A DNA stretch of 64,000 bases from Planctomycetota bacterium (GTDB lineage Bacteria; Planctomycetota; GCA-002687715; CAIWVZ01), in NCBI GenBank assembly GCA_044222185.1, contig JBGANV010000003.1, positions 672,001 through 736,000 on the forward strand, read 5' to 3'. The position numbers were made by a program, and so were the translations under genes. The notes under the pieces were generated by a model. It saw only the letters and a list, made by a program, of their open reading frames with translations, made no database searches and was not told the origin of the DNA. Shown piece after piece: positions 9,985 through 19,159 of this stretch (position 1 is its first letter; each line of letters begins with the position of its first letter).

Positions 9985-10086
9985 GGTCGCGGCGCACGAT
10001 CGCACGCGACACGGCCGGCGGTCAACCCCACCGCCGCGTCGGCGCGCGCGCGGCACCGCCGCGCAGACCTTCGGTCGAGCCGCCTC

Positions 10087-13000
10087 TCAGACTGGTATCT
10101 CGATCGTGAGCGAGCCGGCTTCCAGGCTGACTCCGTCGGGGAAGATCACGGCGGCGACACGCGGATCACGGGAATCCGGCTCGATGCGCGTGCCCGCGAG
10201 AGGCTTGCCGGCAACGGACGCCACGACGGAGGCGCGCGGCCCGCCCGGCGCGACGATCACGCGCGTGAGCCGGACGCGACCCCACGTGGCGTCGAGTTTC
10301 GCGCGGAACGTCGACCCGTCGCGTTCCTGGCGGAACGTCCCGAATCCTTCCGCGCCGGTGAACGCGGCCTCGAAGCGCTCGGGACTCACGCGGGGGTCGA
10401 ACCCGATGACGCCGGCTGGTCCGTCATGCTGGAATCCGCAGATGGCGACGAAGCAGCCCCAGCTCGCAAGAGCGCGGGCGTAGTGATCGCCGCACTCGAC
10501 CTCGTTCCACGGGTTGTGCTTTCGTCCGTCGTAGCGTTCGTGCACGCCGCGAACGACGGCCAGTCCCTCCGTGAGGAATCCCTCGTGAATGAGATTGGAG
10601 GCGAACTGGTATTCGCAGCCCGTCCACACCTCGTCGCGGTAGCGCACGCCCGCGTTGCCCGGGTGCTTCGACCTCGGCCAGGTGCAGATGAACAGCCCGG
10701 CTTCGCCCCGGCGGGCGAAGTATCGCTCCGGAACGTGTCTCGCATTCTGGGGCCCGACGTCGGGCGCCCAGTTGTAGCGGTAGATCGATTGGAGGGCCGT
10801 CCGCGTCGCGTCACGCGGATAGAGCAATCCCAGGCCGACCTGCGCCGCCCAGGCCTGCCCGAACAGCTGATCGGCGAGGCATCCGTCGGCGTATTGCCAC
10901 TCGCCGTGCCGCTCGACGTCCACGTCCTGGCGGAAGTACTCGCCGTTCCACAACCGTGCCATGGTCGCGGCCGAGCCTCGATCGAACAGCTGGCGACACT
11001 TCGTGGCGAAGGCGTCGTCGTTCATGCGGCGCGCCATCTCCTCCCCGGCGCGGAGCGCGGCGAGATAGAGGGCCCCCACGAACGTGTTCGCGCCGAAGAA
11101 GTCGATGTCGTAGGTGTTGGGCTGCGCATCCTCGAGGATGCCGTCGGCGTTGCCGTCACGCGCGATGGCGAACTCGAGAGCCTTCCTCGTTCGCGGCCAC
11201 GTCCGCTCGAGGAATCCGCGATCGGCGGAGCAGAGGTGCTCGCGGTAGATCTTGAGCACGGTGCCGCATTGACCGTCCGCCGCATAGGCGCGGTTGCCGC
11301 GGAACCCGACCAGCCCTGAAGCCTCGTCGAACCCCTCCCCCAGATCCTGGCGCTCACGCACGTTGCGCTCGAGCTCGGGGAACAGCCGCGCCATTCCATG
11401 GGCGTAGTTCCAGACGTGCGTGCAGGTGCCCGCGCAACAACCGACCCCTTCCCACGCCCACAGCCGACCATCGCCCCGCCACTCCACGAGGCTCGTCGCG
11501 AGATTCGCGATCGGCGCGTGAACGCGCTCGAGGAACCAATTCGGAAGCGTTCCGCCGTAGAACGCGCGGTGCCACGCCATCGTGCCGTCGTGAAGCCGAT
11601 CCCAGGACTCCGCGATCGCAGCGACCACGTCCTTGGCGGACTTGAAGCGGTTCGCGTAGTTCCGGCCCCGCGGGTGATTGGGGAAATGCCACGCGAGGAT
11701 GGCGATCTCCTGCGCCGATTCCTTCGGCTTAAGTTCGATGAGCGCCGTCACGGCACCGCGCGTCGGAGACACGCCGCGATCGATCGCCGTGGCCAGGTGC
11801 CCAGGGCCGGACGCGTCCTCGAGCATGGCGAGAGCGAACGTGCCGAAGTCCGCGAGCTTCGTGACGTCGTCCAGGTCGCCGGCGCGCGGGTGGTCGGAGA
11901 GCTCGATCTGATCGACGTTGACGTGCCCCCAGGGCCCGTCCGCGTCGTCGAAGATCTCGATGCGCGCGGTCTTGCCGCTCCATTTCGAGACGTCCATGCG
12001 CTGCCACGTGAGCCGCTCGTCGTTCCGTCCCTGCGCGGTCCGCACCGTCGCGCCGTCGACGACGAGGCGGAGCCCGACGTTGCGCCCCGCTCCACCACCC
12101 ATGAGGAAGTTCAGCCACCGTCGATCGACGACGAAGTCGGGCGACGTCAGCTTCCCGCGCGCGTCGTCGGTGTTGGCGTAGGAGTTCACGAGCCCTCGGC
12201 CCTTGAACCCGGTCACGCGCTGCTGCGTGGGGGCCTTGCCGCGGGCCGGCTTCGAACCCATGGCCGCGCCCTCGGCCTTCCATTCGCCCCAGTCGTCGCC
12301 CTCGAAATCGCCGAGAACGCGCGTCGGACGAGATTCGGTTCCTCCATCCGTCCGAGGCGCCGACGACGCCATCTCGAAGACCACCATGGAGGCGGCGCGC
12401 TTGCCGCCGGCCCCGCGAATCGAATCGCTCCGCGTGCGATCTTCGAGATCCAGATCCTGGCGGTTGTCGCGCAGGACGGCGTTCTCGAATCGTCCCGTGA
12501 GCTTGACGCCCACTTCCGCATCGGAAACGTTCTCGATCTTCCAGGCGAAACACGTCGCCGGGAACCCGGAAGACGCGGCATCGAGCGGGATGAATGGACT
12601 GAACACCCTGAGCGTCACCCGGACGGGGCAGGCTGGATCCGAGTAGCGGATCTCGGCCACGGGATACTGCCCCACGAACTCGACGGACGTGAATCCGCTG
12701 CGATCGAGTGTCCACGTGCGCGACGTCTTGTCGGCGCGGATCACCTCGACGTCGAAGCTCTGGGCGATCGGTGTCTCCGGCACGAGGAATTCGTAGTTGC
12801 GCAGGCCGTAGCCCGTGTCGCGATGCCGATTGAACACGTCGAATCGCCCGAGCCGCCCGTCACCGAGCAGATACACTTCGCCCGTGCCGATCCCGCCGCA
12901 GGGCATGCCCAGCGCCTCCGCCGTCTCGCCCGAGTAGATCGTGGGTTCGCCGCGCTCGGTGAGCGCGCGAACCCAGGCAGCCGGGAGTTTCTTGTCGGCC

Positions 13001-13170
13001 GGCACGAAGTGATCGATGTCCGGTCGTACGTCGGACGGCGCGAAAGGCCCCGCCGCGCCGAGCCAGCCCCCGATCGCCCCCACGGAAATGAGCTTCACGA
13101 ATTCGCGCCGATCGAGCCCGTCGCCCGTCGGCGCCGGCGAACACGTTCCACCCGGACAGCATTCGGTCAT
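10087..13170 (-). CDS. Tat-exported GH116 family glycoside hydrolase with an inserted carbohydrate-binding-like domain
   Basis: Tat motif LDRREFVK; GMPCGGIGTG, SPFIPLD, WAWEGVGCCAGTCTHVWNYA, ADGQCG, QPNTYD, DGCLADQLFGQ, EVWTGCEY, NPWNEVECGDHYARALASW. Confidence 0.9.
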   Translation of the reverse strand: MTECCPGGTCSPAPTGDGLDRREFVKLISVGAIGGWLGAAGPFAPSDVRPDIDHFVPADKKLPAAWVRALTERGEPTIYSGETAEALGMPCGGIGTGEVYLLGDGRLGRFDVFNRHRDTGYGLRNYEFLVPETPIAQSFDVEVIRADKTSRTWTLDRSGFTSVEFVGQYPVAEIRYSDPACPVRVTLRVFSPFIPLDAASSGFPATCFAWKIENVSDAEVGVKLTGRFENAVLRDNRQDLDLEDRTRSDSIRGAGGKRAASMVVFEMASSAPRTDGGTESRPTRVLGDFEGDDWGEWKAEGAAMGSKPARGKAPTQQRVTGFKGRGLVNSYANTDDARGKLTSPDFVVDRRWLNFLMGGGAGRNVGLRLVVDGATVRTAQGRNDERLTWQRMDVSKWSGKTARIEIFDDADGPWGHVNVDQIELSDHPRAGDLDDVTKLADFGTFALAMLEDASGPGHLATAIDRGVSPTRGAVTALIELKPKESAQEIAILAWHFPNHPRGRNYANRFKSAKDVVAAIAESWDRLHDGTMAWHRAFYGGTLPNWFLERVHAPIANLATSLVEWRGDGRLWAWEGVGCCAGTCTHVWNYAHGMARLFPELERNVRERQDLGEGFDEASGLVGFRGNRAYAADGQCGTVLKIYREHLCSADRGFLERTWPRTRKALEFAIARDGNADGILEDAQPNTYDIDFFGANTFVGALYLAALRAGEEMARRMNDDAFATKCRQLFDRGSAATMARLWNGEYFRQDVDVERHGEWQYADGCLADQLFGQAWAAQVGLGLLYPRDATRTALQSIYRYNWAPDVGPQNARHVPERYFARRGEAGLFICTWPRSKHPGNAGVRYRDEVWTGCEYQFASNLIHEGFLTEGLAVVRGVHERYDGRKHNPWNEVECGDHYARALASWGCFVAICGFQHDGPAGVIGFDPRVSPERFEAAFTGAEGFGTFRQERDGSTFRAKLDATWGRVRLTRVIVAPGGPRASVVASVAGKPLAGTRIEPDSRDPRVAAVIFPDGVSLEAGSLTIEIPV

Positions 13171-13310
13171 GGCGATGATCTCCCAGCAGGGCGCAGCGTA
13201 TCCGCCTGTGATCGCACGGTCGAGGCGGTGAGCGCGGCCGTGACACGCTCGTGACGAGTGCTGGTGCGGGCGGGTGTCGACGGTCGCGGCGAGGACGAGC
13301 CTGGCGTTCC

Positions 13311-13495
13311 GGAGCGCTGCGTTTCACGCGGCTGGATGGCGAGGCCTCCGGACTCGCCGGGAACGACGGGTTGGCATTCATCGCGCGACGGTGCGGGCGG
13401 CGATCGGTCGACATCGCCGCACGCGGTTCCAATGCGCGTCCGCCCGCTTGGCGAGGTGGAACCTCGCCGTCCGGCCAGGCGGAGCCTGGCGCTCC
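13311..13495. repeat. Double-hairpin inverted-repeat (REP/REPIN-like) element, single copy
   Basis: Left end GGAGCG-CTGCGTTTCACGCGG-CTGGATGGCGAGG; right end (reverse complement) GGAGCG-CCAGGCTCCGCCTGG-CCGGACGGCGAGG. Same architecture as the arrays at 25642 and 48370. Confidence 0.7.
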
Positions 13496-13502
13496 GCGCG
13501 CA

Positions 13503-15413
13503 TCAGGCGAGGCGTTCCTCGAGCAACCACTGAGCGATGACGATGAAATCCTGCTCCGTCACGATCCCGACGAGGCGGCCGGCCTCGATCACCGGCAGGC
13601 AACCGACCTTCCGCTCGCGCATCACGCGGATGGCGTCCAGGGTCGGAGTGTCCGGAGTGACCGTCGCCGGGTCGCGTTTCATGATCGACTCGACCGTCAG
13701 CGGTGCCAGCGGGCGACCCGCAGAGTTGGCGACGAGCCGCACGATCGCCCGATGGGACACGACACCGACGATCCGGCCCTCCTCGTCCTCCACGGGAATG
13801 TGGCGCACGTGGCCCCAGTCCATCAGCGCGGCCACGAGGTCGACGAGGTCCCCGCGGTGCACGGTGCGCAGATCCGTCGTCATGAACTGGCCGACCGTCC
13901 GGTACGACGAGCGGAAGTCGTCTCCGGGCTGAGCGCTGGCACTCTCCCATTCGTGGACGGGGCGTCCCGTCCGCTGCTGTTCCAGAGCGGAGGCCGTGAG
14001 CGCGCGCCCCTGCTGCTCGCGCGGGACGCCAGCGGCCGTGAGTGCGTGCATGGACGCCAGCGCCCACGCGGATCCCGTGCGACCGCTGCGAACGCGCTCA
14101 CCGATCGTGCCGAGATAGCGATCGACGTCCGCCTCCACGACTCCGCGTCCTCGCAGGCCGGCGCGTGCGAGCGGAAGCAGGTGCTCGCCGATCAGCACCG
14201 CGGCGGGAACCGTTCCGATCCCGGGCCAGCGAAGCTGGGCATCGAGGCCGAATCGCGACGCCGCGAGGAAGTTCGCGCGCGCGTCGTCGAACGGGATGAG
14301 AGCGGAGACGTCGCCGTATTCGTCCGAGACGCCCGCGAGCAACCCCGTGAAGAACGCCGCGTTCGCCATCTCGTCCAGGACGGTCGGCCCCGCGGGAAGG
14401 GCGCGCGCCTCGATCCGCAGGTGCGCGACTCCATCGACGACGCCATAGCACGGCCGGTTCCACCGATAGACGGTTCCGTTGAAGAGGCGCAGCGCCCGAA
14501 GCTGCGGGGCCACGCCGCGATCCACCAGCGCGATCGGATCCTCGTCCGGATCGCACGCGAGCACGACGCGAAACCGCGAGATGTCTTCCTGGAAGATCTC
14601 GAGCACGGAGTTGCGGACCCACCGATCGCCGAAGTCGACGCGAGGACGATGCCCACGGACCTGCTGGCCCGTCGTTCGCGAGTCGATCGAATGCTGGAAC
14701 ACGGCGACGCGGGTTTCCGCCCACAGGCGCCGGTTGAGGAGCACCGGAGAGTTCACGGCCGCAGCGAGCACGGGCGCCGCGATGAGCTGCGCCGCGTTGT
14801 AGACCTTCGCGAATTCCTGGGGCGAGACCTGGTAGTGGACCTGGAAGCTCGTGTTGACGGCCTCCAGCATGACGCTGTCGGAGGTGACGTCGATCTCATC
14901 CACGCCCTTGATGTGGCAGCGGAACACACCGCCACGAAGCTTGCGAACTGCGTCGTTGAGCGCGCGATAACGAGGCCGAGGCATCATGTTCGCGAGCGTC
15001 AGATCCGCGGTGCGGATCGTGGGGAGAATGCCGCAGAGGAACGGTCGGGCTCCGCTGCGCGCGGCGGCCGCGTCGACACGGGCAAGCGCCGCGACGAGTT
15101 CGGCCTCCATCTCGCTGAGACCACACCCCGTCAGCAGACGTGGAGCCAGGTTGATCTCCACGTTGAAGCGCGCGATCTCGGGCACGACAGACGGATCGTC
15201 GACGGCGTCGAGAACGTCCGTGGCGACCGGGGCCGGATTCATCGCCTCGTCGACGAGGACGATCTCCTGTTCGGCGCCGATGCGATGGACCCCCGTCTCG
15301 AACAGCCCTGCGTCGAGCGCGCGGCGCAGGGCCTCGACGTCGCGGAGCAACGCGGCCGTGACGTTACGGACGCGCTCGTCGGAAAGTTCAGGTTCGGTGT
15401 CTTGTTCGCCCAT
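13503..15413 (-). CDS. Glutamate-cysteine ligase (GCS2) family protein with C-terminal CBS pair
   Basis: RIGAEQEIVLVD, EIARFNVEIN, EAVNTSFQVHYQV, GTVYRWNRPCYG, HLRIEARALPAGPT; CBS repeats (VGQFMTTDL..., ESIMKRDP...VGCLPVI). Confidence 0.88.
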   Translation of the reverse strand: MGEQDTEPELSDERVRNVTAALLRDVEALRRALDAGLFETGVHRIGAEQEIVLVDEAMNPAPVATDVLDAVDDPSVVPEIARFNVEINLAPRLLTGCGLSEMEAELVAALARVDAAAARSGARPFLCGILPTIRTADLTLANMMPRPRYRALNDAVRKLRGGVFRCHIKGVDEIDVTSDSVMLEAVNTSFQVHYQVSPQEFAKVYNAAQLIAAPVLAAAVNSPVLLNRRLWAETRVAVFQHSIDSRTTGQQVRGHRPRVDFGDRWVRNSVLEIFQEDISRFRVVLACDPDEDPIALVDRGVAPQLRALRLFNGTVYRWNRPCYGVVDGVAHLRIEARALPAGPTVLDEMANAAFFTGLLAGVSDEYGDVSALIPFDDARANFLAASRFGLDAQLRWPGIGTVPAAVLIGEHLLPLARAGLRGRGVVEADVDRYLGTIGERVRSGRTGSAWALASMHALTAAGVPREQQGRALTASALEQQRTGRPVHEWESASAQPGDDFRSSYRTVGQFMTTDLRTVHRGDLVDLVAALMDWGHVRHIPVEDEEGRIVGVVSHRAIVRLVANSAGRPLAPLTVESIMKRDPATVTPDTPTLDAIRVMRERKVGCLPVIEAGRLVGIVTEQDFIVIAQWLLEERLA

Positions 15414-15622
15414 GGTTCGAGCTCCGGGACCGCGTGCAGAGTACACGGCGGCCATGGCGAAAGGGCGTCGCGAGGAATGCAGCGCTCCAGGACGTCTTTC
15501 CGCTCGAGCGATGAGAGTACGTCGCAGCCGCAGCCTGGCCAGCGCGAAACGCCCGTCGCGAATTCAAACCTCTCCTCGCCGGGTGGATTGCCTGGGCCCG
15601 GCTCACGAGCGTCGAACGGGCG

Positions 15623-16618
15623 TCACTTCACCCCAGCCGCCTTCAGGAACTCGTCCACGTTGGCCTTCGTGATCGCCTTCGTCGGAAGCGTGGTCCTCTT
15701 GGGCACGGGCTGTCCTTTCAACACCTCGGAGGCCTCGCGAATCGCCTCGGGCCCGGGCGTCGTGTAGACGAAGGTCGCCGTGAGGAAGCCATTCTTCACC
15801 CACAGGCCGCCCTCCTTCGGAATGGCGTCGATCCCCACGAAGGCGATCTTCTCGGCGCGGCCAGCCTCCTTCGCCGCGAGGTACGCGCCGTAGGCCATGG
15901 GGTCGTTGTGCGCGTACACGAGGTCGATGGCATCGAACTGGCGCAGCGCCGTCTCCATGACGGATTTCGCCTTGTCGAGCTTCCAGTCGGCGTCCTGGTT
16001 GTCGAGCAGGACCTTGATGCCCGGCTCCTTGTCGACGAACTCGCGGAAGCCCTTGTGGCGTTCCTGCGCAGCGATCACCGCCATGCCGCCCCAGATCTCC
16101 ACGATGTTGCCCTTGGCCTTTCCCACCCCGCCCAGGTGCTCGACGACGAACTTCCCGGCCTCGCGCCCGATCGCCAGGTTGTCGCCGCCGATGAACGCCG
16201 TCTTCTTGTCCGTGTTGGAGTCGCGATCGAGGACGATGACGGGGATTCCCGCATCCATCGCGCGCTCGATCGACGGCGTGAGCCCGGCCGAGTCCTTCGG
16301 CGAGATCAGGATGACGTCCACCTTCTGGCGGATGAACGCCTCCACGTCGATCACCTGCTTCTCGAGTTTGTCCTGGCCGTCGGACACCGCGAGATCGAAC
16401 TGGTCTTTGTGCTTCGCCGCCTCGCGCTCCAACTCCTCGTTGAAGAGCGCGCGCCACGGCTCGGACGTGGTGCACTGGCTGAAGCCGACGACGGGCTTGC
16501 GGTCGACGCCCTTGGGCCCGGATTCGGTCCGCCCGCATGCCACGATTCCGCATGCCAGCGCGACGAAGACGACCCACGCGACGCAACTGGACCTGGAAAA
16601 TTCCCTCATCCCCGTCAT
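15623..16618 (-). CDS. Sugar ABC transporter substrate-binding lipoprotein (RbsB-like)
   Basis: Lipobox IVA-C; VGFSQCTTSEPWR, GIPVIVLDR, FIGGDN, YAHNDPMAYGA, FVGID. Confidence 0.92.
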   Translation of the reverse strand: MTGMREFSRSSCVAWVVFVALACGIVACGRTESGPKGVDRKPVVGFSQCTTSEPWRALFNEELEREAAKHKDQFDLAVSDGQDKLEKQVIDVEAFIRQKVDVILISPKDSAGLTPSIERAMDAGIPVIVLDRDSNTDKKTAFIGGDNLAIGREAGKFVVEHLGGVGKAKGNIVEIWGGMAVIAAQERHKGFREFVDKEPGIKVLLDNQDADWKLDKAKSVMETALRQFDAIDLVYAHNDPMAYGAYLAAKEAGRAEKIAFVGIDAIPKEGGLWVKNGFLTATFVYTTPGPEAIREASEVLKGQPVPKRTTLPTKAITKANVDEFLKAAGVK

Positions 16619-16622
16619 GTCT

Positions 16623-17642
16623 TCATCCCGTGCGCCTTGCGCGAATCCGGCTCCACCAGGCGCCAAGCCGATCGCCCTGCGCCACGGCGGCGACGACGAT
16701 CAGCAGGCCCTTGATCACGTACTGGATGTTCGAGTCCAGCCCTTGGAGCTGGAAGATGTTCTGCATGTATCCGAACAGCAGGACTCCGACGACCGTGCCG
16801 CCGATCGACCCATCGCCCCCGCGCAGGCTCGTTCCGCCGATCACCACGGCGGCGATGGCATCCAGTTCCTTGCCGTCTCCGGCGTCGGGTTTTCCCTGCG
16901 TGTACTGCGCAGCGTAGAGCGCACCCGTCAGTCCTGCCAGCGCGCCGCACATCGAGTAGACGAAGATCTTCACCCGTCCGACGGCGATGCCGGAATGACG
17001 GGCGGCCTCCTCGTTGCCGCCCACGGCGAAGACGTGCCGGCCGAGCGGCAGGGCGTGGATCAGGAACATCCCGACGACGATGGCCGCGACGAAGAACAGG
17101 CCCGGCACGGGCACGAGGTCGGCGAGCCGCGACGCGAGCCTGCGAAATTCCTCCGGCGCCTGCCCCGGTCCGAAGTAGATCGGGCGGACCATCTGGCCCG
17201 CGCCCGCCGCGAGCCGCGAAACGCCGAGCACGGCGACCATGGATCCGAGCGTGGCGATGAACGGCTGGAGCCCGCCGACCGCCACGAGCATGCCGTTGAC
17301 GACGCCGACGCAGGCGCCGCAGGCCGTCGCCGCGAGGAGCACCACGGTGACGCCGCCCCAGCCGCCCGGCATCCATTCCATGAGGAGTCGTGCCGAGACG
17401 ATCGACCCCAGCGCGAGCGTGGAGCCGACCGAAAGATCGATGCCTCCCGTGAACACCACGAGCGTCATGCCGATGGCGAGGATGCCCACCGATGCGATCT
17501 GGCGGAGCACGTCGCTCTGGTTCCCGGCGCCGAGGAAGATGTTGCCGCCCGCGCGATCGGTCGGAGACAGGATCGCGCCCATCGCGAAAAGCAGCACGAG
17601 CGCAACTCCCTGCATGGACACGATGCGTGACAGACCTTTCAC
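16623..17642 (-). CDS. Sugar ABC transporter permease (RbsC-like)
   Basis: GMTLVVFTGGIDLSVGS, LQPFIATLG, FAVGGNEEAARHSGI, ELDAIAAVVIGGTSLRGGDG. GTG start overlaps the ATPase stop. Confidence 0.93.
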   Translation of the reverse strand: MKGLSRIVSMQGVALVLLFAMGAILSPTDRAGGNIFLGAGNQSDVLRQIASVGILAIGMTLVVFTGGIDLSVGSTLALGSIVSARLLMEWMPGGWGGVTVVLLAATACGACVGVVNGMLVAVGGLQPFIATLGSMVAVLGVSRLAAGAGQMVRPIYFGPGQAPEEFRRLASRLADLVPVPGLFFVAAIVVGMFLIHALPLGRHVFAVGGNEEAARHSGIAVGRVKIFVYSMCGALAGLTGALYAAQYTQGKPDAGDGKELDAIAAVVIGGTSLRGGDGSIGGTVVGVLLFGYMQNIFQLQGLDSNIQYVIKGLLIVVAAVAQGDRLGAWWSRIRARRTG

Positions 17643-19159
17643 GCCGCGCCTCCTTCCGCCGCGGCCGCGAGGAGTCCCGCTTCGGTGAGCTCGGTGGCAT
17701 CGAACGAACGCGCCACCCGGCCCCCGCGGAGCACGAGCACGCGGTCGCACAGCTCGCACAGCTCCTGCCAGTCCGAGCTGGCGATGATCATGGCTGCGCC
17801 GGCGCCGACGATTTCCCGCAGCTTCTCGTGGATCTCGCGACGCGCACCCACGTCGACTCCGCGCGTCGGCTCGTCGATGAGGAAGAGGCGCGGCTGCGCC
17901 GCCAGCCACTTCCCGACGACGACCTTCTGCTGATTGCCGCCCGACAGTTCGCCGACGCGTTGGGCCGTGCTCTTGCACCTGATTCCGAATCGGGCGACGA
18001 CCTCGTCGACGACGCGACGCTCCTCTCCACGATCGCGGAGTCCGCGTCGGGTCACCCGCGCGGGGACGGTCAGGAGGACGTTTTCGGCGATGGAGCGGCA
18101 ACCGACGATCCCCGCGACCTTGCGTTCTTCGGGAACGAACGCGATGCCGGCGCGGACCGCGTCCCTCGCGGACCGCAGCGCGAGTCGGCGGCCGTCGAGC
18201 TGAACCTCGCCGTGCACGCGGCCCGCGAGGAGTCCGAAGAGAGATTGCATCGTCGCCGTGCGCCCCGACCCGAGAAGTCCCGCCAGTCCCACGATCTCGC
18301 CCCGTCGTACGTCCAGATCCAGACCGTGGAGTGGGACCGGTCGTCCCGCGCGACGCGGGGCAAGACTCAAATCGCGAATCCGCAGCACCACGTCCCCGGG
18401 CACCGCGCGGGAGATCGCCGTCCGAGAGACCTCGCGGCCCACGAGCATCCGCACGATCTCGTCGCGCGACGTCCCGCGAACGGGGCGTGCGCCCGCGACG
18501 ACGCCGTCGCGCAGGATCACGAGTCGATCGCAGAGAGCTTCGACCTCCTCCAGCCGGTGGGAGACGTAGATCATGCCCGTCCCCGCCGTGCGGAGCTTGC
18601 GCAGCACGGTGAAGAGCGTCTCGCGCTCCGACGACGTCAGCGCGGACGTGGGTTCGTCGAGGATCAGGATGCTCGCCTGCCGCGAGAGCGCCTTGGCGAT
18701 CTCGAGAAGCTGGCGGAGGCCGACTCCGAGTGCGGAGACGGGTTCGTCCGGATCCAGGCCCGCGTGCAGCGTCGCGAGTTGCGCCTGCGCCTCGCGTCGC
18801 ATGGTGCGGCGGTCGATGAAGCCGAAGCGCGTTCGCGGCTCGCGGCCGAGAAACAGGTTCTCCGCGCACGTGAGCGAGGGAACGAGCGAGAGCTCCTGGT
18901 GGATCGTGGCGATGCCCGCGCGTTGAGCCTCCGCGGGCGCGCGGAAGTGCTGCACCTCGCCGGCCACTCGGATCTCGCCGGCGTCGGGGCGATGGACGCC
19001 CGCGAGCGCCCGGATCAACGTGGACTTGCCGGCGCCGTTTTCGCCCAGGAGCGCGACGATCTCGCCCGCGCCCACGTCGAGATCCACGCCGCGGAGCACG
19101 GAGACCGCGCCGAACGCCTTGCGGATGCCGATCGCGCGCAGTCGCGGTTCGTCAGTCAC
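17639..19159 (-). CDS. Sugar ABC transporter ATP-binding protein (RbsA-like, two ABC domains)
   Basis: GENGAGKST, LILDEPTSAL, YVSHRLEEV, LSGGNQQKVV, DEPTRGVDVGA. Confidence 0.95.
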   Translation of the reverse strand: MTDEPRLRAIGIRKAFGAVSVLRGVDLDVGAGEIVALLGENGAGKSTLIRALAGVHRPDAGEIRVAGEVQHFRAPAEAQRAGIATIHQELSLVPSLTCAENLFLGREPRTRFGFIDRRTMRREAQAQLATLHAGLDPDEPVSALGVGLRQLLEIAKALSRQASILILDEPTSALTSSERETLFTVLRKLRTAGTGMIYVSHRLEEVEALCDRLVILRDGVVAGARPVRGTSRDEIVRMLVGREVSRTAISRAVPGDVVLRIRDLSLAPRRAGRPVPLHGLDLDVRRGEIVGLAGLLGSGRTATMQSLFGLLAGRVHGEVQLDGRRLALRSARDAVRAGIAFVPEERKVAGIVGCRSIAENVLLTVPARVTRRGLRDRGEERRVVDEVVARFGIRCKSTAQRVGELSGGNQQKVVVGKWLAAQPRLFLIDEPTRGVDVGARREIHEKLREIVGAGAAMIIASSDWQELCELCDRVLVLRGGRVARSFDATELTEAGLLAAAAEGGAA

